From Amphiscolops sp. MND2022 (lineage: Eukaryota), in assembly GCA_964187785.1 (NCBI GenBank), contig OZ076413.1, positions 47,060,001 through 47,120,000 on the forward strand: a stretch of DNA of 60,000 nucleotides, written 5' to 3'. This document shows, one piece after another, positions 28,513 to 39,565 of the stretch. The first letter of the stretch is position 1. Each line of letters opens with the position of its first letter. A program made the translations under genes and the position numbers. The notes below the pieces were generated by a model. That model saw only the letters and a list, made by a program, of their open reading frames with translations, was not told the origin of the DNA and ran no database searches.

Positions 28513-29085
28513 CAATCAGGGCAATAGGGGTATGTGAACATATCTGACTACGTTATAAAAATTTCGATCCGAGTTGTTTCGATCCCATTCAAAAGTTTGG
28601 TATGTCGACCTGAGGGCTAACTCTGATTTTCGATCCCGTTCCTTCGACCTATTTCCGCGCACCCTCTGAACATAATTGGCCATTTAGTCTACGGGACATT
28701 TGGGCGATATTATTGTCGCTGAAATGGGCTGAAATTTTTGTCGCCCAAATGGCTGGTGACGAAACGTCCCTGCCCCGTTACCACAGATCCGTTTGAGGGC
28801 TTCGCATTGAAATTATCAATCAATTTACTCAGCTTTTTTCCGTTCCCAACATTCAGAACCAAACAGCAGTATCGGACTCATGATAGCTCTGTAAAGGTGT
28901 ACTTTTGCAGTCTTGGTGAGTGACTTGTGGGTGTTCCTTTTCAAAATTGAGTAGCAACCAAGATTTAGCCAGGCGTTATAAGTCGTCTCCGTCGATTATG
29001 AACACACGTATATTGATAACGTTGGATTTGGAAGCGAATGGTCGCTGGTAAAGACATTTCACCTAGGCCACTTTGATGTTAGATT

Positions 29086-29552
29086 GGGAATGTACGCCTT
29101 TGATCTAATTGCTTGGCTCTAATGGAATTAGATCTAACTGTTAGGTCTAACTTTCAGATCTAATTTTATCTAAAATACTTAGGTCTAACCCCTTTATGAT
29201 CTAATATGTGTTCTGAAAGCGAAATTGTAAGTTGGGGCATATGCGATGTATGCACGCTCGCCCTCACCGTCGCAAAGACCATCTCCCAGTACGATCGCTT
29301 CGCGGTCTCCGTTCCCGCTAGGTCTTCGCTCCTGTTCGACCTCGCTTAGCAAGATGGGAATATAGGCGGCCACAAGGGGCCGCGAGGCACTAGAGGAAAT
29401 GGGGACATATCCGAGGCACGTTTTATACTTTATATAACTTTTTAGTTTTAGATCCTAATTGACTTATTTTTTTCTCAAATTAGATCAAATTAGAAGAGTT
29501 TTTTAGACCTGATTATTTAGATCAATTTATTCAGATCTCAATTTTGCCCCCT
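29086..29552. mobile_element. AGATCT-type MITE carrying the 190-bp module in reverse orientation
   Basis: gatctaa repeats on the left, ttagatc repeats on the right, module at ~29232-29430; exact ends and TSD not resolved. Confidence 0.55.
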
Positions 29553-30098
29553 CTCTTAGATCTATGTAAAATTCTAGGGTTTCTCCAGTTTTGAGGTCTC
29601 TTTTGCTTTAGGTTTCTTCAGAGCGGTTCGTGAGGAAGGCTTCACAGAAAAGATTTTATTGTCGATGCTTTACAGTCAACTATTCAATGGAAGCCCAAAA
29701 CTACTTGTCCTCAAATTATTGTCATCAATGTTTTATTTTCTTCACTTTTTTGTTTCCTGTCATGCGGAAATTAACCAATATAATTTTATTAAAAACTGCC
29801 CATGCGTGTATTTAGAGGGTGGGCCGTAATATATTTTTTATTGTTCGTGAAATTACTATTTGCATTCCGGGGTGGGTTGTTTTATTAAGATTAAATATTC
29901 ATAGCTCCAATTTTGGGTCAAATTAATCAGTGAGGGTTTATTAATTAGCTTCACAAAATCACAAAATTTAATACCTTCTAATATTCAAAGAATATTGCAC
30001 TACCCGACTTTGATTCTTTCACTCGCCGGTTAAAATGTTCATCAAAACGTCGATAAAGTTAGTAGTTTTCTTTCCTTTTAAATTTGACCTGTTCGTAG

Positions 30099-30425
30099 TT
30101 ATCTATTGAGTTGTGAGTAGATTGGGGCATCGGGCTCAGGGTTTCGTGTTTCTTTTAGTTGAGATTCTGGAATCAGCAAACTGCTGTTTCTCCACGGGAA
30201 ATTTTTATCGTTTTCCAATCCTTCCAGATAATGATCTTCCACCATCATAATAAAGCGTGGGATAGGCAGCAAAAATTGGACATTACTAAATTTTTCTATC
30301 AGCATGATTTTGGTTTCTTCTTTAAATAAAATGCCCCTGTCCAAACTGCCTTGGCGGCTAGTGGCCTGAGCTATGTGAATAAAGATAAATAACGAGAGCA
30401 TTGTGGGCTGAAGTCTAGGTCTCAC
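30099..30425 (-). pseudogene. N-terminal part of an env-like secreted/membrane protein, probably frameshifted or truncated (copy A)
   Basis: Signal-peptide-like MLSLFIFIHIAQA then GILFKEETKIMLIEKFSNVQFLLPIPRF; co-oriented with and downstream of pol. Confidence 0.5.
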
Positions 30426-30451
30426 AATTTTAAAGTATTGTACTAACAGTA

Positions 30452-30787
30452 TTAGGATAGCTCAATCTCCATGCAGTCCAAGAGGTCAAGGAGTTCCTTT
30501 TTCAGAGGCTGTTGTCCTTTCATAGTCTTTGTTAGTGTTTGGAGTGAGTGAAAGAGGTCCTCAAATTCTCGTGTGTCCTCATCGATGTCCATGATACTGA
30601 AGGTGCTATCATTTTCACTAGTGATTTTAATAAAAAGGGGTGCACAACATCCACATTGTTGAGTTTGAATGGTATGGATAAAGATTGGCTGTAGCTGTCG
30701 CGGCGGAGTCCATTGAAGAGGTGTCGGAAAAATGATTTTCATGGGCACTAGTGTAACTCTCACTGTCAGGCCTTGTGATGTAGACAT
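30452..30787 (-). CDS. Unknown 111-aa accessory ORF (CGCCAP motif, acidic helix), copy A
   Basis: ATG-initiated intact ORF directly upstream of the env-like ORF. Confidence 0.45.
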   Translation of the reverse strand: MSTSQGLTVRVTLVPMKIIFPTPLQWTPPRQLQPIFIHTIQTQQCGCCAPLFIKITSENDSTFSIMDIDEDTREFEDLFHSLQTLTKTMKGQQPLKKELLDLLDCMEIELS

Positions 30788-31290
30788 TTTGGGTTAATTA
30801 CTGTGAGTCAAAGTTGTCATTTCATATATGTAGGTTAGGACGCTTTGGAATTTGTTAAACATTCAGAATGTTGAATGTTTTGGGTGACTTCTGCTACCGG
30901 CTAAATTTCAAGTAAAAGTCAGGAGGAATGGGGTTGTTGGTACCCAATGTAGAATCAATAAATTTTCAGCAGTCTTGTCGGTGTCTTGGTTATTAAATTC
31001 AAGCAAATAGTTTCCGCAACCATGGAAGAATTTTAATAAATAGACGTTATTTTATTATTTGTCATTGTTCGACCTGAATTTCACTAATCTGGCCTCATTA
31101 GAATGTACTCGCCCGGAAATTTTCATTTTCCATTTTGATTGAATTGTTTTGTTGACCCAAGCGTGGATGGCGTTTCTTTGTTTACTTTTGTTGTATTGAT
31201 AGAAATTCTGTCGCCATTGGTATTTCTTTAGCGGAGTAACCTAAAATGTTGAATTTCAAACTGAGTTCAAGGTTGTCGTGAGTTTTTCAG

Positions 31291-31569
31291 ATGATGGGGT
31301 GTGTTCGTTATTATATTGACCGCGTTTTCCAGTTTTTGTGTTGCCCAGACGGGACCACCGTGTTCAAGGGTGATCAGAGAGTCAGTTTCTCTCCTGAGAG
31401 GGATCCTCGATGCCCTCCTGTTCGAGCGATGATAACTGAGAGTCCCCCAGGGGTGTTTCCCGAGTGGTTCTATCAGGTGCTGGTTGGTGGACTGGTTGCC
31501 ATTGGTGTGTTTGTGGTAGCTATATTTGTGTTGAGGAGATGTCGCATCCGTAATCGTGCTCGAGATTGA
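31291..31569 (+). CDS. Small single-pass membrane protein (92 aa), antisense to pol, copy A
   Basis: Hydrophobic VLVGGLVAIGVFVVAIFVL followed by basic RRCRIRNRAR; ttttcag immediately before ATG. Confidence 0.6.
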   Translation: MMGCVRYYIDRVFQFLCCPDGTTVFKGDQRVSFSPERDPRCPPVRAMITESPPGVFPEWFYQVLVGGLVAIGVFVVAIFVLRRCRIRNRARD

Positions 31570-31790
31570 GATCTTGTGAAGATTAAATATTCATAGCTCC
31601 AATTTTGGGTCAAATTAATCAGTGAGGGTTTATTAATTAGCTTCACAAAATCACAAAATTTAATACCTTCTAATATTCAAAGAATATTGCACTACCCGAC
31701 TTTGATTCTTTCACTCGCCGGTTAAAATGTTCATCAAAACGTCGATAAAGTTAGTAGTTTTCTTTCCTTTTAAATTTGACCTGTTCGTAG

Positions 31791-32117
31791 TTATCTATTG
31801 AGTTGTGAGTAGATTGGGGCATCGGGCTCAGGGTTTCGTGTTTCTTTTAGTTGAGATTCTGGAATCAGCAAACTGCTGTTTCTCCACGGGAAATTTTTAT
31901 CGTTTTCCAATCCTTCCAGATAATGATCTTCCACCATCATAATAAAGCGTGGGATAGGCAGCAAAAATTGGACATTACTAAATTTTTCTATCAGCATGAT
32001 TTTGGTTTCTTCTTTAAATAAAATGCCCCTGTCCAAACTGCCTTGGCGGCTAGTGGCCTGAGCTATGTGAATAAAGATAAATAACGAGAGCATTGTGGGC
32101 TGAAGTCTAGGTCTCAC
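31791..32117 (-). pseudogene. env-like N-terminus, copy B
   Basis: Identical translation to 30099-30425. Confidence 0.5.
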
Positions 32118-32143
32118 AATTTTAAAGTATTGTACTAACAGTA

Positions 32144-32479
32144 TTAGGATAGCTCAATCTCCATGCAGTCCAAGAGGTCAAGGAGTTCCTTTTTCAGAGG
32201 CTGTTGTCCTTTCATAGTCTTTGTTAGTGTTTGGAGTGAGTGAAAGAGGTCCTCAAATTCTCGTGTGTCCTCATCGATGTCCATGATACTGAAGGTGCTA
32301 TCATTTTCACTAGTGATTTTAATAAAAAGGGGTGCACAACATCCACATTGTTGAGTTTGAATGGTATGGATAAAGATTGGCTGTAGCTGTCGCGGCGGAG
32401 TCCATTGAAGAGGTCTCGGAAAAATGATTTTCATGGGCACTAGTGTAACTCTCACTGTCAGGCCTTGTGATGTAGACAT
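32144..32479 (-). CDS. Unknown 111-aa accessory ORF, copy B
   Basis: One aa difference from 30452-30787. Confidence 0.45.
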   Translation of the reverse strand: MSTSQGLTVRVTLVPMKIIFPRPLQWTPPRQLQPIFIHTIQTQQCGCCAPLFIKITSENDSTFSIMDIDEDTREFEDLFHSLQTLTKTMKGQQPLKKELLDLLDCMEIELS

Positions 32480-32982
32480 TTTGGGTTAATTACTGTGAGT
32501 CAAAGTTGTCATTTCATATATGTAGGTTAGGACGCTTTGGAATTTGTTAAACACTCAGAATGTTGAATGTTTTGGGTGACTTCTGCTACCGGCTAAATTT
32601 CAAGTAAAAGTCAGGAGGAATGGGGTTGTTGGTACCCAATGTAGAATCAATAAATTTTCAGCAGTCTTGTCGGTGTCTTGGTTATTAAATTCAAGCAAAT
32701 AGTTTCCGCAACCATGGAAGAATTTTAATAAATAGACGTTATTTTATTATTTGTCATTGTTCGACCTGAATTTCACTAATCTGGCCTCATTAGAATGTAC
32801 TCGCCCGGAAATTTTCATTTTCCATTTTGATTGAATTGTTTTGTTGACCCAAGCGTGGATGGCGTTTCTTTGTTTACTTTTGTTGTATTGATAGAAATTC
32901 TGTCGCCATTGGTATTTCTTTAGCGGAGTAACCTAAAATGTTGAATTTCAAACTGAGTTCAAGGTTGTCGTGAGTTTTTCAG

Positions 32983-33261
32983 ATGATGGGGTGTGTTCGT
33001 TATTATATTGACCGAGTTTTCCAGTTTTTGTGTTGCCCAGACGGGACCACCGTGTTCAAGGGTGATCAGAGAGTCAGTTTCTCTCCTGAGAGGGATCCTC
33101 GATGCCCTCCTGTTCGAGCGATGATAACTGAGAGTCCCCCAGGGGTGTTTCCCGAGTGGTTCTATCAGGTGCTGGTTGGTGGACTGGTTGCCATTGGTGT
33201 GTTTGTGGTAGCTATATTTGTGTTGAGGAGATGTCGCATCCGTAATCGTGCTCGAGATTGA
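32983..33261 (+). CDS. Small single-pass membrane protein, copy B
   Basis: Identical protein to 31291-31569. Confidence 0.6.
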   Translation: MMGCVRYYIDRVFQFLCCPDGTTVFKGDQRVSFSPERDPRCPPVRAMITESPPGVFPEWFYQVLVGGLVAIGVFVVAIFVLRRCRIRNRARD

Positions 33262-33556
33262 GATCTTGTGAAGATGTAGAATCTTGAAATGACTCATTCT
33301 ACTTAGTTTACTCGTAGCAAACGTTTGTTCTTTCTTTCTTGCAGAGCTAATTCCGTTGAATTACAATGTGTATAGTATGATCGATTGCATAATTTCTTTA
33401 AATAGTCAGTGCTCTTGTTCAATTGAAGTTCTAGCTCATTTTGCCTCTGCAATATCATTTTAGCTACTCATATGTGCACATCTTCCACGTGGGGGCGCGG
33501 GCGTTTAGTCAGTGTAGTGTCTAGAAATTGTTATTACCTCTGTTTCAGATGTGAAA

Positions 33557-34376
33557 ATGGATCAGTTTGACCTTCTGTTGAGTTTGTGTCAGTCCCAGTG
33601 CAAGGAAGTCTTGGCGGTAGGGGTAGAGGAAGCTGCCCAATTCAAGTGCGTCACAGTTGTTCGTGGCACTTCATCATCTTATACAACTCCAGTGTTACAA
33701 GACTTGGCAGTGAATTGCGAAGATTTGTTCATTTTGTTGCAGCACTTTACCAATTGGGGGGAAGAAAAACAAAACGTGCAATTTCCAGATACCAAATTTC
33801 TAACAGCTCTGATGCCAACTGTGGATGTTGATAATGTTTCAAGTTGGTTCCAGAGTGCAGTCGTGCCGATGGGGTGTGTCCATGAACCTATTCTGTTGGT
33901 AGCAACAGGCAATTGTCTCACTGGCTTCCATGTGGACGACAAACCCCCTACAGAGGTTGTGGCATCACTACTCCGAGGGCGGAAGTTATGGTTGTTTGCC
34001 ACTCATGGGTCAAAGTCGGCCTCTTTGCTTGTGAAAAGGCCAGAGGAGACCCACCTGGCGCAATTTATAGAAGATATGGTGTTATCAGATACGGCCGCTA
34101 TCAGATTTAACATACTGCCTGCAAGAGCCTGGTGATACAGTTTGTTTGCCTGCCCGAACAGTACATTTTGTGTTCAGTGTGACTCCAAATATTCAGTGGA
34201 ATTGTCTATTAAGTCATAATGTGCTTCATACAGAAAGTGAAGCAGTTGCCCTGGAGTGTAAAGCTTTGAATCGTTGCAGTGGTCCTCCGTCTCGAACAGT
34301 GCAAGGGAGGCGGACCAAACGGTCTGGTGTGACGAAAAAGCGGTTTACCCCGAGAAGAAGAGTGAAATCATCCTAA
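33557..34376 (+). pseudogene. JmjC/cupin Fe(II)-2OG oxygenase-like gene with one frameshift near 34085-34105
   Basis: TGFHVDD (HxD, His at 33929), LLRGRKLWLF, and in the shifted frame YCLQEPGDTVCLPARTVHFVFS (distal His at 34164); basic C-terminal tail. Confidence 0.8.
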
Positions 34377-34479
34377 TGGTGAGTAACATTTTCATTAGCG
34401 GTTGTTTTTCTTGTGTGAGAGGGTTCTCAGGAAGGATCTTATTATAAGGGAGGGAACCAGTGGGACCTTTTGGGCGTTT

Positions 34480-35130
34480 TTTTTGTTCACAGTGTCAAAA
34501 TTCTGATTATTTTTCTAATTTTGTAGGTCCGGATTTGTTAAAAGTCTAATTTCATTGTATTTACTGCATCTGAGAGCTTGAATCATACCCTATCGTGTAG
34601 TACGTGCTCTAGGGTTTCCGGGGAAAGTCATATGATTCCTTTATCTATCTTTATCTTGACAGTCGCAGTGGCAGAATTGTCGATTTCGTAGAAAATCGTT
34701 GTAGTCAAAAAGAAAGTGCAAGTGGGAGGGTGAAGTTTTTTCTAAGGAATCTGCGGCTGCGCGCCTTTTCTATCACCCTATCGTGTAGTACACATCTCAA
34801 GCTGTCTGTAGAGGTATTTTACGTTCAGATATTTTGTCTCGTTTTCTCAGTGGCAAACTGTCAATTTTTATCATAGGGTCAGATAGGATTTTTTTTCTAA
34901 TAGGGTATTTATGGATCAGCAATTCTTTTTGAAGGGACAATAGATACCCTATCTTGTAGGTGAAAATCCAAGGTGTCTATCGGTGTGTTTTTTGTATGGT
35001 TAACGTGTCATTTTTTTTTATGTTCGCAGTGTCAAAATGTGGTCAATGCCGAATGTCGTATGTCAAGATAGTCGATTCTCTGCTCATTTTTCGAATAGTG
35101 TCTTGTATAAAGACCTGTCCTTGAAGTTTT
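34480..35130. repeat. Degenerate ~180-bp-period array with two conserved motifs
   Basis: cagtg(g/t)ca.aa at 34490, 34666, 34847, 35027; accctatc(g/t)tgtag at 34587, 34775, 34946. Confidence 0.7.
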
Positions 35131-35287
35131 TCTGCAGAAATTTTTCAATCTATGTTTTCCGGGGTTTTTTGCAGGTTGCGAAAGTGAAGGAACATAGATT
35201 TTTCACGGTTTTCAAGGGTAAATTCGGTTGGTTGGTAGTGTTGGTTAAAGTTAACTTACGGGTGTCTGGTATGGGAAGGTTGGTCCG

Positions 35288-37970
35288 TCATTGGGCGTAG
35301 GGTGCTCTGTGAGGAAGTACACAAACGGTTATCGTCAAATTCGTGTGTTGGAAGACTTCTATCAAGAGGTTGCGTACTTGTTGCCATAGGAGTTTGTCTC
35401 TTCCACATCCAAGTTTGGGTAATCGGATATTATCTACTCCATACCGTTGAGCATGGTCACGCATCAGTAGAAGGCTTGAACGCAGTGATGCAATTGAAGG
35501 CTTGTGGAAAAATTTTCGTTTCGTCACCAAGTTGTATATCCATCGTCGGAAATACATGTCATAGTATGCAAAAACTGAACCAGGAGCAAGGTTCTTCGAT
35601 GATTGTGTTTTTATTCGGGGGTATAGCCTGTCAAAGTGGTCGGCTATACCTACCCTCATTGCAAAGTCCGAAGACACGCAGTGTGCCATACTAGAGGACG
35701 AACAGAAGATGTTGTCATAAACTATGTTGACATTGTTTCTTGTCTGACATATTTCATTGATGCCTGGGCGTGATATTTTTTCATTGGATCCTTCTTGTTG
35801 AGATCCAGGTCTTTGGACAAATTGCAATTGCTGGCGTTCTAATCTGCGGTTTTTGAGTAGATCAATAAAGTTACGTGCTTCTTTAGTTTCTCCTTGTGAT
35901 GTCCGTTTTATGGGGTTTGAGGTTTTCAATTGTCTTCCCGCAGCTTCAATCAGTTTAAAGTTTGGTTGAGGTTGTGTGGCTTTTCTTTCTGATCTGCGCA
36001 CGGGTTGTATTGTTTCAGGGTTTTCATCCGAACTGTCGGAAGTTTCCGGTATGTCTGCAGTCAGGTTGACTGGGGGTGTTTGTCGTATCCTCGTATGGTC
36101 CGGTTCTACTATGGTGTGGTTCTCATTCGCGGTATTGGGGTTTATCGCTGGTGGTATAGGTGGTGGTAGGTGTTGTTGGGCCTGATTGTTTTGTCCAAAG
36201 GAAATTGAAACTCTTACTGGGCTATCAAATGTTGTCGGTTGAACAGACTGAACAGGTGTGTCATCTCGTAGTAATGATGGGTAGCCTCTGTCGAAGTAAT
36301 CTGTGTCTCCTCTGTTATGTCCCAGTGATGGGTCCGTTCTAAAATTTGCAGGATCCATTTCGGGAATGTCTTCAACTTGGTATTGTGGTGTAATAGGTCT
36401 GATCCTGATTCTATGCACAATCTGTGTATAGTTTGTTCCAATTTTGCGAATAAGATAACTAGAGTCTGTCAATACTTTTTCCACTCTATAAAGTGCATGC
36501 CTTTTTTGTATTAATTTGGAGCTGAAGGTAGATTGTTCCGTCAGTTTAGGGTTTAGTAGGAGGCAAAACTTGTGTTGTTGTAATGGGTTTGCACGTGCTT
36601 TCTGATCATAATACTTGCGGTATCGTGCGAAAGACTTTACGAGACACTCTTTTGTTTTGGAGAATTTTTTTACCATTTCATCTCGTAAAGATTCCACAAA
36701 GTCGTAATTGAAAGCTGCCTTTTGGATACATGTGCTGTAGATTCTGAGATCCAACGGTTTCATTGGTTCTCTGCCGTGGAAGAGTACTGTTGGTGCGCAT
36801 CCAATAGAAGTATGGTATGATGTATTGTGGATGAAAGTCGCCAAAGGTACGTACCGATGCCAGTTTGTGAACGTATCGTTACTGTTTAGTTTGAGTATTC
36901 TTGTGAGTGCTGCGTGTGATCGTTCAACTACTCCAATTGTCTGTGGGTGCTTAAGAGAGGCATGTGTAATTTTGATTTCCAAGAGCTTTGTCAGTTCACT
37001 AAAAAGTTCTGAGACAAATTGTGTTCCAAGGTCCGATATTATTTTTTTTGGTATATAGCTGTGATTGAACATAATTGAGGCCAATGCTGCAGCTACTGAT
37101 GGCGCACTTATTGTGGTCAAGGGTACAGCAAAAAGGTATTTGGAAAAGACATCAATTGCTGTGAGCACATATTTATACGGAGATGAGGGAAATGCTCCTT
37201 GAATATCGATCTGCATTATGTCTCCGGGGAAGAATGTTTTTGAAGATAGTTCGCTTAGCGGAGGTTTGAGTCGAGATGGTTGGACAAGTTCGAGTTGTAA
37301 ACAGGTTGACCAGTTTCTGATGTAGCTTGCAATTTGTTCTATGTAATTCGGGCAGTAAAAGCGCCTACGAAACTCGGCGATTGTTCTTGTTATTCCCAAA
37401 TGTCCTCCTGTGAGTGAATTATGTATTCCATAGAGGATTTCTTTTAGCATGTGTTTGGGTACACATACTTGTTTATGAAGGATAGTACCACCATGGTCGT
37501 AATAGTTCCGTTTAAGGATTCCATTGTCTATGGTTATTCGCGGGAGTTGTTTCTGATATTTCTGTTCTTCTCCTGATGAAAAAATATTATGTGGTGGTTC
37601 TGTACCTTCTGTAAGCCAGGTTGTCACCTTCGAGAGTAAGGCGTCATTTTGTTGTTCCCTTTCTAGAATTGCCAACGATGTCTCAAGTTCTGGATAATTG
37701 TCTATCGGGTTTTGTAATTTTAGTGCGTTGATCGGGAGTGCTGGTTTGTATCTGGTCAATTGGATTTCTTCATTTTGGGTTGCCAGGGCTTTTAGGTGTT
37801 GTGAGGCATTCTCAAAGTTTCCAGATTGTTTCAGTGTTATTAATGTGTTCATATCAACCACTTGAAGTAGGTCATCGGGGAATTCATCAGAGAAAAGTTC
37901 ATTAATTGTATTGTCTGGTAATTTAGCTCGAATATCAATCTCTATTTCGCGTACCGGAATACGGTCTGGT
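35288..37970 (-). CDS. pol: Gypsy pol C-terminal part: integrase (HHCC zinc finger, DDE core), Pro/Gln-rich linker, macrodomain
   Basis: HNSLTGGHLGITRT...NWSTC; MQIDIQG, IDVFSKYL, ISDLGTQF, HPQTIGVVERSH; open to stop at 35288. Confidence 0.95.
35315..35730 (-). other. TARG1/OARD1 (Poa1p-like) macrodomain fused to the integrase C-terminus
   Basis: DNIF..SSMAHCVSSDFAMRVGIADHF...WIYNLVTKRKFFHKPS...LRSSL..MRDH....GV..IRLPKLGCGRDKLLWQQVRNLLIEVF...ITV matches the TARG1 family pattern throughout. Confidence 0.9.
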
Positions 37971-38920
37971 CTGTAAGTTTTAATGCTACTGTTTCGTTTG
38001 GGTTTGTTTGCAGTCGAGATAAAAAATCCGCTGCTGCGTTTGTTTTTCCGGGAATATGAGCGACTACTATGTTGAATGTGGTTACTCTGTCGACATAGTT
38101 CCAAAGTGCTGGAGGAATTGTCTTTGCTTGAAAGAAGCGTTTGAGGCTCTTGTTATCTGTCAGTATCAGTACAGGTTTTTCGCTACCCCATATGAAGTGT
38201 GAGAAGGTTTTTAGGGCAAAATATAGTGACAGGAATTCTTTGCAGTAGATTGACATTTTCAACTGAGCTGTGTTGAAGACTTTCGATCCAAATGAGACTG
38301 GTGCGTATGACTTTACATCTTCACCTTTCTCATTTTTGACATAGTCTTCAATCATGAGTACGAATCCACTCGAATGGTAACTTGCGTCACACAAAATTAC
38401 ATATTGTAGTCCTGGATTTGCCAATCGTAGTGTTTGCGTTGCAGTTGTTTTGAGTTTCTCCTTCAAGGTTTCAAACGAATCCAGTATTTCTTCTGTCACT
38501 TCAAAAGCCACATTTTTCCGCAGTAGTTTATAGGATGGTATGAGATGCTCATTCAAATTTGGGATGAAGTTTCTGAAAAACTGGAGGAAACCTATCAGTC
38601 TTTTTACTTGTTTAACAGATTTTGGTATCTCCAGTGTTATCAAGAATTTTTCTATTTTTTCTTTTTCTGGTTTTAGGCCTTCTTTGGTGATCACGTTTCC
38701 AAGAAAACTAACTTGTTGAGAACCAAATACACACTTTGTAGGGGATAATTTGAGTACTGAGCGTCTGAGACATTGGAATATGTGTCTGAGGTATGGTAGG
38801 AGTTGTTCCGGTGATTCGACTCCACATCCGATGTCGTCCATGAATTGTGTACACACATTTGCTGAGAGGCATGGTACCAGATAGTTTCTCACAAAAGCAC
38901 CGAATCCGGTTACAGATCGG

Positions 38921-39467
38921 GTGGGCACAAACTACGATCTAAGGAATAAGATCGAAACGCACTTCTGTAACTAAGATCTAAAGAACTAAGATCTAAATGT
39001 CATTTTTCGTAACTAAGATCTAGAGAATGCCAGCTCCCGAATCGTACCGAAAGTCTAAATTTCAGACGTTATTCCCGTTTTAATTTCCGTTATTCCCATT
39101 TTTTAAATGTTACGGGTAAAGTATAAAATGCTTTAAAGTATAAAACGTGCCTCAGATATGTCCCCATCTCCTCTAGTGCCCTGCGGCCCCTTGGGGCCGC
39201 TTATGTTCCCATCTTGCTAAGCGAGGTCGAACAGGAGCAAAGACCTAGCGGGAACGGAGATCGCGAAGCGATCGTAGTGGGAGCTGGTCTTTGCGACGGT
39301 GAGGGCGAGCGTGCATACACCGTATATGACCCCACATTATTCCTTAGACGTTATTTTAATTCAATTTAGACCTTAGTTACGGTGCATGCTTTTTAGATCT
39401 TAGTTCTTTAGATCTTAGTTACGAAATTTCTTTAGATCTTATTCCTTAGACCTTAGTTGCGGTCCCC
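38921..39467. mobile_element. MULE-like MITE (AGATCT type) inserted in RT; contains the 190-bp module
   Basis: 9-bp TSD acagatcgg (38912-38920 / 39468-39476); long imperfect TIRs gtgggcacaaactacgatctaaggaataagatc / gatcttattccttagaccttagttgcggtcccc. Confidence 0.9.
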
Positions 39468-39565
39468 ACAGATCGGTTCAATCCTCTCGCTAATCGCTGA
39501 TAGGCAAGGGTTCGTGAAGCAAAGTTGAATGCCAATAGTTGTACCGAGAGTGGGTCTGCCATTTG

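Larger units (their letters stand above)
29887..33275. repeat. Near-identical 1692-bp tandem duplication (29887-31578 and 31579-33275)
   Basis: ORFs repeat at +1692; aagat microhomology at the junctions; only a few substitutions seen. Confidence 0.95.
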
